Positions 37,501 to 44,099 of a stretch of 64,000 nt of DNA are shown piece by piece. Each line of letters opens with the position of its first letter. Positions within the stretch are counted from its first letter, which is position 1. A program made the position numbers and the translations under genes. The notes under the pieces are model-generated. The model had not been told where the DNA came from. It searched no databases and saw only the letters and a list, made by a program, of their open reading frames with translations. This DNA is from Thermoplasmatota archaeon (GTDB lineage Archaea; Thermoplasmatota; Penumbrarchaeia; Penumbrarchaeales; Penumbrarchaeaceae): contig JBLIRK010000005.1 of assembly GCA_048569615.1 (NCBI GenBank), forward strand, positions 2,036-66,035. The letters run 5' to 3'.

Positions 37501-38517
37501 ATCGAATCCATCTCCGTTCACATCCCCAGCACCGGAAACGCTCCAACCCGCAACATCGCCTCCATCCTCCCCCCAGAACGAAGCATCCGCATTGGATAGA
37601 TCGGTGTTCATTGTCCAGCCTGAAGGCTTACCAAGTATGATGTAAACCTGTCCGGCGCTTGTTCCACCGTCATCATCATAGGGGGATGCGACCACAATGT
37701 CGTCATATCCGTCTCCGTTCAAATCGCCTGCTCCGGCGATCGAATATCCTGCGTAATCACCGGCATCTTCGCCTATGAAGGATGCATCCACGTTGGAGAG
37801 GGCCGTATTGGATGACCATCCGGTCCTTTTCCCTAGAACAAGGTACGCCTGGCCTGCATTGCCCCCTCCTTCATCGTTGCCATAGGCACCTATGAGGAAG
37901 TCGTCGTAACCGTCTCCGTTCACATCTCCAGCTCCCGCCACCGAAAATCCCGAATCATCACTTGAGGATTCACCCTTGAAGGAAGCATCGGCGGTTGACA
38001 GACTCGTATCCATTTTCCATCCATCTTCCTTGCCGAATATGATATAGGTCTTTCCCACGGAGCTGGAGAAGCCGTCATCCCATCCGAAGGCCCCGATGGC
38101 GATATCATCGAATCCGTCACCGTTGACATCTCCCACCCCGGCCACACTGTATCCCGCCTCATCGTTGGAGTATTCTCCCCTGAAGGAAGCATCGGAATCG
38201 GAAAGGTCCGCATCCGGTGACCATCCGGAAGGCTTTCCGAAAATGATATATGTTTGTCCGGCGTAGGAACCGGTCTCGCTGTTCTGGGCAGCACCTATTA
38301 TGATATCATCATATCCGTCGCCGTTCACATCCCCTGCGCTGTCGGTGGATATTCCTGACATGTCCGAGGCGCTCTCCCCCCAGAATGATGCATGGGAATC
38401 GCTGAGGTCCATATCCATGTATCTCATCGCGGAGCCCTCATCATTGTTGAGAACGATGAGGGAGCACAGCATCAGGGCCGCCAGAGATACGGCCAGTGAT
38501 TTATTTTTCATCTGCAA
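31567..38517 (-). CDS. Giant surface protein (2316 aa): signal peptide, more than 25 FG-GAP/VCBS repeats in two blocks, FN3-like inserts, a TSP3-like Asp-rich segment, about 22 tandem 25-aa Asn-rich repeats and a C-terminal TM anchor
   Basis: N-terminal MQMKNKSLAVSLAALMLCSLIV. Reiterated GDVNGDGYDD(I/F)(L/I)IGA units. DHDDDRDGIGDSFDPDLDND. Repeats of consensus LKYMN(A/N)SIDSDL(T/S)ELL(T/D)F(L/V)IENNNH. TM helix VSLSVIMAIIALIISLLILSVLVYLFFI then KRKDD. Confidence 0.8.
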   Translation of the reverse strand: MQMKNKSLAVSLAALMLCSLIVLNNDEGSAMRYMDMDLSDSHASFWGESASDMSGISTDSAGDVNGDGYDDIIIGAAQNSETGSYAGQTYIIFGKPSGWSPDADLSDSDASFRGEYSNDEAGYSVAGVGDVNGDGFDDIAIGAFGWDDGFSSSVGKTYIIFGKEDGWKMDTSLSTADASFKGESSSDDSGFSVAGAGDVNGDGYDDFLIGAYGNDEGGGNAGQAYLVLGKRTGWSSNTALSNVDASFIGEDAGDYAGYSIAGAGDLNGDGYDDIVVASPYDDDGGTSAGQVYIILGKPSGWTMNTDLSNADASFWGEDGGDVAGWSVSGAGDVNGDGFDDVLISALGDDDGGSNAGQTYLILGRPSGWKTDRDLSNSDASFWGEDANDSSGVSVSGTGDVNGDGYDDFLIGAYYDDDGGSDAGQVYLITGKSTGWSMDTDLSNATSSFWGEDAGDHAGKHVSGAGDVNGDGYDDLLISSPDDEEGASYAGQTYLWFYMSGPPSPKFIDVSYDPDKREVGLSWKNPRYWKPLSGYTVYRSMDGRDYEEVSATGLFFREYIDREVELHKTYYYSIRTIDGSGIESGHSHPVSIYCDHDDDRDGIGDSFDPDLDNDNILNEMDLNPEHPDPVRWGKIDVDLTGNYSGYIGEDGSDFAGYCVSGAGDVNGDGYDDILIGAYQDDDGGSNSGQTYLIFGNGTGMDTNFDLSNADASFLGEDADDNSGRAVSGAGDVNGDGYDDFLIGAIGDDDGGTTAGQTYLILGKPAGWSRDTDLSEADASFIGEDSGDYSGYAVSGAGDVNADGYDDFLINALLDEDGGSNSGQTYLILGKPTGWKMDADLSDADASFIGEDADDRSGQSISGAGDVNGDGFDDILIGAVQDDDGGANAGQVYLVYGKRSGWSIDTDLSKADASFWGEDAGDLAGQSVSGAGDVNGDGYDDILIGANSDDDGGTDAGQTYLILGRSSGLKIDTDLSEADGSFWGESASDRSGVSVSGAGDVNGDGFDDILIGAYANDEGATDAGQSYIFYGKPAGWRRDVDLSEADASFYGEKTSDYSGWSVSGAGDVDRDGLDDILIGAYGNDKGGTGAGKVYLIDHIGPVTIRNLSATALQSSMNLTWDDVGNSTYIYGIYRGTDPHALYRLNSTTDNDYKDIDIQWNLTYYYGVVTVEPLGGESTIVITDAVKIDKSPSSSGSGSVDLSALEAAIDALAMDIDYINSTVLKTWNIADYMNRTQHTQLSALLALATSINDTIGTDNSAIKQLLYNILGNLTYMNSTVLPSLSNIYSMVGDSNNILKYMNISFSTDLDNILSYVIGSNNYLKGMNASVHSELSDILTFLIENNNHLKHMNASIDSDLADLLTFIVENNNRLKYLNSSLGSDITDILDYLIAHNAHLEFMNDTIWSDLTELRTFIVENNNHLKYMNASIDSDLTELLDFVVENNNHLKFMNTSIRSELTELRDFIVENNNILKYTNASFGGGLTTVLTFLIQNNNHLKYMNNSIDSDLATILSFLVQNNNYLKYMNNSIDSDLSELLTFLIENSNHLKYMNASIQADLTELRDFIVENNNHLKYMNSSIDSDLADILDFLIENNNHLKYMNNSIDSDLTSLMNYLIALNNKLDSMNGTISSDLSGMLSFVIENNNFLKYMNSSIEGDLSALLSFVIENNNHLKFMNNSIDTDLNTLLFYATMINQKLTYLNMTVESELYELLQYAKDNKDGLGYLNTSLSTDLSELLNFVIENNNHLKYVNGSFNTELSLISNLLADIALDLDYLNLSLFSDLSDLFDLVERGSADIDFINNTFSTDLATIITLLGSTSGGVDSLNDTLDGIIYRITLLSKSLDGANASILAELQDLSSNLRSHRDEFLSFETNITLDIDTMKVILGYVNGTVGLLDTSETGWIKVMLEDIWDDINSTGADVDFFNGTITLSLASILNIVNVNSNDLAFLNGSISDVISGLTELRSELHGVNSSLKADLSALGLDIDEVLTDLDTIISELNAHRTEFGSFKGTYDLHTATMIALLRAVDVNVTNAASDLNILSGDMDMGFMEILVLLSAVDMNITTLTHGMTSLGNDITAILSTMVADLSGFNETIQNEIDMLRLRFESGLLSLALQLEAVNSSLHQELLGMDSDIRLFRSELFVGLSGLRDMMARSETNLSSSITEIEDLLNGIQDLSLAGISLRLEHLSDQIMTNDTLILETINELGSRISDFDIALKERLENISGLMSTRQDLFLLSSRLQNIEEDLTLLEDLEESLSNVEEEQSETKGSVSLSVIMAIIALIISLLILSVLVYLFFIKRKDDTESPSQITNHRR
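33050..34700 (-). repeat. About 22 tandem 75-bp repeats inside the giant gene, each encoding a 25-aa unit with an N-x-S/T sequon; boundaries approximate
   Basis: The protein shows consecutive 25-residue units ...NNNHLKYMNASIDSDLTELL(T/D)F(L/V)IE.... Antisense + strand ORFs at 33470-34674 read as reiterated VVLDEE / FMYFRWLLFSM, the reverse complement of the same repeat. The repeat degenerates toward the 3' end. Confidence 0.7.
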
Positions 38518-38622
38518 AACGGCTCCCCCTGGGACGCCAATAACATCGAGTGCGGCTTATTTAATGATTATTTCATTACTATTGCCCTGGGAAATGATCC
38601 CATTTTGAATTATGCGTAATAA

Positions 38623-38943
38623 ATGGAGGATGTCCCTTCAATATGTTTAAAACGTAGCGGTCCATGGATGTTCATGGAATTCTCTACGATAATCGGTTCT
38701 GTCGGGGTCGGCCTGCTGCTTCTGGCCTTTCTCCTGAACCTCTTCAAATTCGTATCCCAGGAGAGCAAGCTGTACATCATTCTGAACATCCTTGGGGCCG
38801 GGGTGGCGATGATCGCTTCCGTAATGATATGGTTCGTTCCCTTCATAGTCCTGGAGCTCATATGGGTCATGGTCGGCATAGCAGGTCTGATCAGAGTGCT
38901 TGGAAAAAGGAAAGAGGAGGCTCCCGCTTTTATTATAAGATAA
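38623..38943 (+). CDS. Small 3-TM membrane protein, hypothetical
   Basis: Hydrophobic ORF in the intergenic space between the giant gene and the next block. Overlapping alternative ORFs exist. Confidence 0.3.
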   Translation: MEDVPSICLKRSGPWMFMEFSTIIGSVGVGLLLLAFLLNLFKFVSQESKLYIILNILGAGVAMIASVMIWFVPFIVLELIWVMVGIAGLIRVLGKRKEEAPAFIIR

Positions 38944-39001
38944 CATTTGCCAAGCGGAAATAGATTGGAATGGCTTCCGCTGAATGTTATTGTATCATCA
39001 T

Positions 39002-39310
39002 TCAATAATCGGAAGGGGGATGCTGGAAACCTCTGTAGACAGGGAACGGTATATTTATGGGATATTTTTTATGAACGATTGTCTTCTTCGATATCTCGAA
39101 CTTATTTCCTATCAGGTTCTTCTTTAAAAGTTCGAAAGGTGTGCAGGTCCTTTCCTCGAAATGCCAGAAGGAAACCTTTCCATTCCTTTTCACCTCCTCG
39201 ATGACCTCATCGGTCATGTATATGAAATAGGAGCCGTCTTCTTCCACTATCCTGATATCGATCTGGGTCTCGAAAATCGGTATCACGTTCTTTACTCTCT
39301 GCGTCATCAT
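39002..39310 (-). CDS. Hypothetical small protein
   Basis: 102-aa ORF in a lower-GC stretch. No motif. Confidence 0.2.
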   Translation of the reverse strand: MMTQRVKNVIPIFETQIDIRIVEEDGSYFIYMTDEVIEEVKRNGKVSFWHFEERTCTPFELLKKNLIGNKFEISKKTIVHKKYPINIPFPVYRGFQHPPSDY

Positions 39311-39571
39311 ATCCCGAGACAGATATCTGCGAGAGCGTTCATAAGCGTTTCCAATTTCGGGGGTTGACGTAAATAGCGAAATTCCACCTTCCTATTCCGG
39401 CAAGGAATGATTTTCATGTGATAATGCAACTTCAGCATTGACCAATTTATCCTCATGGGTCCTGTTCGAAGATCTCGATCAAGAGGTTTCCGGAAGAGTT
39501 CCGATTTGGCATCTTATAATTCTAAACACCCGAATATGGGATGCTAAGTGGGATCCGGAGTCCGGATGAAA

Positions 39572-39808
39572 TTACCCTTTCTTTATCATCAGAACATCCC
39601 TGGCTATCTTTTCCGGATGGTCCTCGACCTTTTCAAGATATTTCTCTATCTGCTTGTCATCCTCTATCTTGAAATGAAAGAATGATTTGCACTTGCTGCA
39701 TACGAAATCGATCTTCAGCATGTCCTGACCGATATCGTGGTTCATCTGTTTGATCTCCATCAACTCGTTAAAATTACAAATAGGACAAGGACCAGTAAGC
39801 ATCTTCAA
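39572..39808 (-). CDS. Small zinc-ribbon protein (CPICN...CSKCKSF)
   Basis: 78 aa, with C-x2-C near the N-terminus and C-x2-C mid-protein. Confidence 0.35.
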   Translation of the reverse strand: MKMLTGPCPICNFNELMEIKQMNHDIGQDMLKIDFVCSKCKSFFHFKIEDDKQIEKYLEKVEDHPEKIARDVLMIKKG

Positions 39809-39954
39809 AACATCACCGTCCTTATTATAACATCCTTTCAGATATTAAGTGTTTTCATTGAATTCTGCGATGGGGAGATTCAAGGATAATTCCACTTGTC
39901 CGTTTTGTTAGATTCAGTATCACATTAAATACGATCGGGGCATTATTCACTTTC

Positions 39955-40491
39955 ATGAAGGAAGGGGAGCTCGAAGCGTTTTTCATAGAGAGCGGATTTT
40001 CGGATTTCAAGTGGATCGATCCGAAGACGATCGTTCTTGCCCAGTGGGTCAGAATGAAATGCATGTACGGATGCGGCAGTTACGGTACGATCTCCACCTG
40101 TCCCCCGAACGTTCCATCGGTCACGGAATGTGAACGGTTCGTTAAGGAGTATTCCAGATGCGCGGTCTTCCATTTCGAGAAGAAGATGGACCACCCCGAG
40201 GACAGACATGAGTGGACCAGGGAGGTCAACCGGAAGCTCTATGAACTCGAATTGTTCCTTTTCAAATCAGGATATGTGAAGGCATTCCTGCTCCCGATGG
40301 ACACATGCGAGCTGTGCGGGTCCTGCGTTCCCACCAGACAGGACTGCAGACATCTGGAGCAGGCAAGGCCCACTCCGGACGCCCTCGGCATCGATGTCTA
40401 TTCGACCGTCCGGACCATCGGATACCCGATACAGGTGCTCTCCGATTACGATCAGACGATGAACAGGTACGCCTTTCTGCTGGTAGAATGA
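39955..40491 (+). CDS. DUF2284-like predicted metal-binding (Cys-rich) protein
   Basis: CMYGCGSYGTISTCPP and CELCGSCVPTRQDCRH motifs, 178 aa. Confidence 0.6.
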   Translation: MKEGELEAFFIESGFSDFKWIDPKTIVLAQWVRMKCMYGCGSYGTISTCPPNVPSVTECERFVKEYSRCAVFHFEKKMDHPEDRHEWTREVNRKLYELELFLFKSGYVKAFLLPMDTCELCGSCVPTRQDCRHLEQARPTPDALGIDVYSTVRTIGYPIQVLSDYDQTMNRYAFLLVE

Positions 40492-40523
40492 GACCTTCAA
40501 AAGATTTACTGTATAGGGACCGG

Positions 40524-41096
40524 TCAACCCAATATCTTCTTTAGCTCGATGAGATCGCCTGACCTTCCATCGATCCTTGCCAGCAGTTCGGTCGGGTCGT
40601 CGTAATAGGGCATTATTCCGATGTTCCATTCACATCCACCATTATCGGACTTGTCTCCTAGGAGATAGAGGAACGTAAGATGGATGTCCTTTCCCTTTTC
40701 GATATAATCCCTGTTCGTTAGCTCCTGTCTTGCAGTTGACACTGCACTGGTGGAATCCACCGACCAGTTCCTCACGGGAGCCTTCGAGAGCGGCTCCCCT
40801 GTCTCCTCCTCTATGCTCCCGTCTCCTGAGACAGTGAAGGCGACCGAGCCCAGAGGGAAGCCCGATGTGACATCGTTGTAGGCGAACTTCCACTTAACCG
40901 CTCTCCCGTCGCTTCCGGGCTCAACCGCAGTGACGACGACAAGAGATAGCTCCTTTCCGGTCTGCTCAACCCTCGTCCTCACAGTGGGATGATGTTTGAA
41001 AGCGGACATGCCCTCTTCTTCCCCGGAGCTCCCCAGGCATCCGCATATGAAAAGAATTACCGCGGCTCCAGCGAAGAGAATTGGAATTCTATTCAT
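40524..41096 (-). CDS. Putative lipoprotein (signal peptide plus lipobox-like ICGCLG), last gene of the coupled cluster
   Basis: MNRIPILFAGAAVILFICGCLGSSGEE. ATGA overlap with the upstream activase gene. Confidence 0.5.
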   Translation of the reverse strand: MNRIPILFAGAAVILFICGCLGSSGEEEGMSAFKHHPTVRTRVEQTGKELSLVVVTAVEPGSDGRAVKWKFAYNDVTSGFPLGSVAFTVSGDGSIEEETGEPLSKAPVRNWSVDSTSAVSTARQELTNRDYIEKGKDIHLTFLYLLGDKSDNGGCEWNIGIMPYYDDPTELLARIDGRSGDLIELKKILG

Positions 41097-41896
41097 TTTT
41101 TCGCTTCGCCTCCGTGCTTTTCAAGATACTCGGCGGCAAGGATCGCCGCCCCTGTGGCTGTAACTATCTGAGGGTTCTCTGGAACGTGCATCTTCCTTCC
41201 CAGCTCCTTCTCCATCGCATGCACCATGCCTATGTTCTTCGCGGGCCCCCCGTCGAAGAATATCACATCCCTTATCCCAACCTTCTTGGCCATGGCTACA
41301 AGCCTTCTAGCCACGGCCTTGTGTATGCCCATGATTATATCCTCCTTGGGATGGCCCTGGAAGATGAGGTTCGCAACCTCGGACTTGGCGAATACCAGGC
41401 ATGTGGTTGTTATGTCCACAGGGTCCCTGCTGGTGAGCGAGATCGGACCGAGGTCGTCGAGGGGAACCTCAAGCACCTTTGCAAGCACCTCCAGGAACCT
41501 TCCCGTCCCGGCCGCGCACTTGTCGTTCATGGCGAAGTTGATCATCTGCAGGTCGTCGTCCAGTGCTATGACCTTTGTGTCCTGGCCCCCGATATCTATT
41601 ATGGTCCGGACATTCAGTTCGGAGCCCAGCCACTGGACCCCTCTTGCATTAGCAGAGATCTCGCTGATGTTGTGTTCAGCGAGGGAGGTCACCCTCCGAC
41701 CGTAACCTGTGGACATGATCATCTCGATCTCCTCCCTCCTGACACCAGCCATTGCCATGGCCTCGTCAAGGACCTTCCTCGATGTGATGTCGTGGTCGTG
41801 GCCTGTGGGAGCGACGCCGTGCCCAATCCTCTTCCCGTCCATGACTATGGCGGATTTCACGTAGGTGGATCCCAGGTCCACTCCGGCGGTCATCAT
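41093..41896 (-). CDS. HgdC/BcrA/BcrD-type ATPase (CoA-substrate-specific enzyme activase), copy B. ORF 41093..42382 is trimmed to Met at 41896.
   Basis: MMTAGVDLGSTYVKSAIV is the ASKHA phosphate-1 motif. NDKCAAGTGRF and TTTCLVFAKSE preserve the two Cys that bridge the [4Fe-4S] cluster in HgdC. TGATG overlap with the upstream gene. The 162 upstream codons of the ORF are Arg/Gly-rich low complexity overlapping the neighbour, so they are read-through. Confidence 0.85.
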   Translation of the reverse strand: MMTAGVDLGSTYVKSAIVMDGKRIGHGVAPTGHDHDITSRKVLDEAMAMAGVRREEIEMIMSTGYGRRVTSLAEHNISEISANARGVQWLGSELNVRTIIDIGGQDTKVIALDDDLQMINFAMNDKCAAGTGRFLEVLAKVLEVPLDDLGPISLTSRDPVDITTTCLVFAKSEVANLIFQGHPKEDIIMGIHKAVARRLVAMAKKVGIRDVIFFDGGPAKNIGMVHAMEKELGRKMHVPENPQIVTATGAAILAAEYLEKHGGEAKK

Positions 41897-42783
41897 CACT
41901 TCCACCTCAGCAGTCTGTCCAGCAGTTTTGTTCTCTCCACCTTCACTTCTCCCTTGTCGTTCTCCCTCAATTTCAACGGTGAGCTCCGGGGTCTGGGAGC
42001 CGATAAAGCAGCCCCCAGGGCCCCTACTAAATGCGGCTCCTCGGGCACCATCATCTCCCTGTTTATGTCCTTCCTTATTTCCTCCACCACTCCCTTGTTC
42101 CTGGCGACACCCCCGCAGATCATGACCTTCCCCTTGCTCTGCGTCGAATTCACCAGGGCGATAATCTTCCTTGCCACCATCTGGTGGAGGCCCGCAAGTA
42201 TGTCGTCGGTCCTCTTTCCCTTGGCGATCAAGGACACGACCTCCGATTCCGCGAACACCGTGCAGGTGGCGTTCACGTGCTCCGCCAGCTTCGAGTGCAG
42301 GGATCGCTCGCCGACGTCGCCGATCTCCATCTCCAGGGCCATCGCCAAGGTGTCCATGAAGCAGCCTGTCCCCGTGGAGCACTTGTCGTTGGTCCTGAAA
42401 TCCGAAATGATCCCCATATCTCCCATCCTCATGGCCCTTACTCCGTGCCCCCCAATGTCAACGACGATCTCAACGTCCGGAACTAGAAAGAACGCGCCCT
42501 TGGCGAAGGAGGTGATATCCGTACGGGCCATGTCGGCGAAATCCAGGGACCTCCTGCCCTGACCGGTCGCCACGATGTAGCCGATATCGTTTCTCTTCAA
42601 TCCTTTCTGTTCGAGGAGCTGCTCCATGAGCCCCGAGGCGAGCTTTCCGGGCTCCATGGTGGTGTTTCCCAATACCGAACCCGCCACCTCCTTCCCGTTC
42701 TCAAGGAGGAGCACTTTGGTGGAGATCGCGCCGACATCTATGCCCAGGTCGTAGGGCTTCCCGGAAATAATTTCCCCGCTCAT
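41896..42783 (-). CDS. HgdC/BcrA/BcrD-type ATPase (activase), copy A
   Basis: YDLGIDVGAISTKVLLL, NDKCSTGTGCF and VNATCTVFAESEV. ATGA overlap with the upstream HgdB-like gene. Confidence 0.85.
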   Translation of the reverse strand: MSGEIISGKPYDLGIDVGAISTKVLLLENGKEVAGSVLGNTTMEPGKLASGLMEQLLEQKGLKRNDIGYIVATGQGRRSLDFADMARTDITSFAKGAFFLVPDVEIVVDIGGHGVRAMRMGDMGIISDFRTNDKCSTGTGCFMDTLAMALEMEIGDVGERSLHSKLAEHVNATCTVFAESEVVSLIAKGKRTDDILAGLHQMVARKIIALVNSTQSKGKVMICGGVARNKGVVEEIRKDINREMMVPEEPHLVGALGAALSAPRPRSSPLKLRENDKGEVKVERTKLLDRLLRWK

Positions 42784-44099
42784 CTGCCTGCCTCTTTGAA
42801 CTCCCTTCTAGCCTTGATCATCTCGACGAAGGCCTCCACCCTCGTCCTTACCTGCTCTATGTCGCCTTCGTCGTATTCGGATTCCAGCTTCACCATTGGG
42901 ATGCCCATCTCCCTGAGCTCCAGCTCGATCTTCGTCGCTTCCAGATTGTTCAGGTGGCACCCCCTCAATGTATGGAACACGACCCCCTCGATGCCGTAGG
43001 CCTTGATGGAGGTCTTGAGCCTCCTTAGCCTGTCCTCGTTGGGGCTGAAACATGGACAGGTACACGGAAAGAAATACCTCTCCGCTATTGCCTGAAGCAT
43101 CTCCTTCATGGTCCATCCCTCCAGCATCACGGGATCGGACATCAGCCTGAAACCGGTGCAAAGCTCGTCCGTCACGATGGTCCCGCCGGATTCCTCTATG
43201 ACGGTGGGGATCTTGAAGTTGGGGTACATCATGGGAGAGCCCGCAAGGAGTATCCTGGCCGCGCCCTCCTCCCCCGCCTGTATCGCCTTATCCTGCATCC
43301 CGTTCAGTTCGGATAAGAGCTCCCTTACCTTCTTGTTCCATCTGTCTATCCGGTCTATCTGGGAAGCCTGGACCACGAGCATGGCATCCCTGCCGGAGAT
43401 GGGGGGCTTATCTTTCCTTCGGATCTCCAGGAGCTTTGTCCAGAGCTCATTGGACTCGTTCCATTTCTCCACTTCCCTTCTGAGCTTCCGTTTGGTTATC
43501 TTATTCCCTGTTAGCTCCTCCAGCCTCTTCTTCAGATAGACTATCTCCGATACCCATAGCTTCGATGAGGTCTCCCCGATCTTGACCCTGGGTATGTTCA
43601 TCATAACAACGGGGACGAAATCCTCCAGGATCTCGGCCAGCTTCATCTTGCCGTCGCAGGTCGCGGGTCCCGCGACCATGTCCACCAGGTCCGCCACCGG
43701 ATTGGAGGAAACCATCTTCGTTCCCAGGGTGGCCTTTACCATGGGGCACAATCCCGCATCCCCCAGGAGCTCGTTGGCCGGATGGACAGGCTCGTAATAA
43801 CCGGAGCACAACCTAAGCCCCTGGGCGCCTGCGGCGCTTATCAGCTCGTAGGGGACCATCACGCATAACGTGCCGACGACCTTCCCTCCCTTCTCCCTGA
43901 ACTCCTTGAGCTCCAGGTACCTTACGCCTCCGTAGCGGTGAACCTCGTCGAAGTAGTTCATGGCCTTTGCCCTGTTCTTCTGGGCCTTCAGGTTCTTCCG
44001 GGAGGCCTCCTCCATCTGCTCGGACCTCTTCCTGGTCCTCGTCCGCTGCTCCTCCGAGAAGTATCCTTCCTTGTCCTTGAGGTACCTGCTGGGCATCAT
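42780..44099 (-). CDS. 2-hydroxyacyl-CoA dehydratase / benzoyl-CoA reductase D-component-like protein (HgdB/BcrC/BadD family). The ORF track extends to 44240, but the start is at the Met overlapping the upstream stop.
   Basis: Family-typical length of about 440 aa. N-terminal LKEFREKGGKVVGTLCVMVPYELI. Cys-containing blocks LCPMVKATLG, ELCTGFR and FPCTCPCFSPNED. C-terminal GIEGVVFHTLRGCH. ATGA overlaps on both sides. Confidence 0.6.
   Translation of the reverse strand: MMPSRYLKDKEGYFSEEQRTRTRKRSEQMEEASRKNLKAQKNRAKAMNYFDEVHRYGGVRYLELKEFREKGGKVVGTLCVMVPYELISAAGAQGLRLCSGYYEPVHPANELLGDAGLCPMVKATLGTKMVSSNPVADLVDMVAGPATCDGKMKLAEILEDFVPVVMMNIPRVKIGETSSKLWVSEIVYLKKRLEELTGNKITKRKLRREVEKWNESNELWTKLLEIRRKDKPPISGRDAMLVVQASQIDRIDRWNKKVRELLSELNGMQDKAIQAGEEGAARILLAGSPMMYPNFKIPTVIEESGGTIVTDELCTGFRLMSDPVMLEGWTMKEMLQAIAERYFFPCTCPCFSPNEDRLRRLKTSIKAYGIEGVVFHTLRGCHLNNLEATKIELELREMGIPMVKLESEYDEGDIEQVRTRVEAFVEMIKARREFKEAGR

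Noticed and set aside
39311-39571. 261-nt apparently non-coding gap that might hold an ncRNA
   Set aside because: No conserved RNA motif is recognisable by eye and there are only small overlapping ORFs. It is left unannotated.
41896-42382. N-terminal 162 codons of ORF 41093..42382. Likewise the 5' extensions of ORFs 44096..45403, 45085..46581, 42780..44240, 23700..24746, 30206..30967 and 3428..3496.
   Set aside because: The extensions are low-complexity (Arg/Gly-rich) or overlap the upstream gene in another frame. An internal Met or GTG that overlaps the upstream stop gives the canonical family N-terminus, so the extensions are over-called ORF starts.
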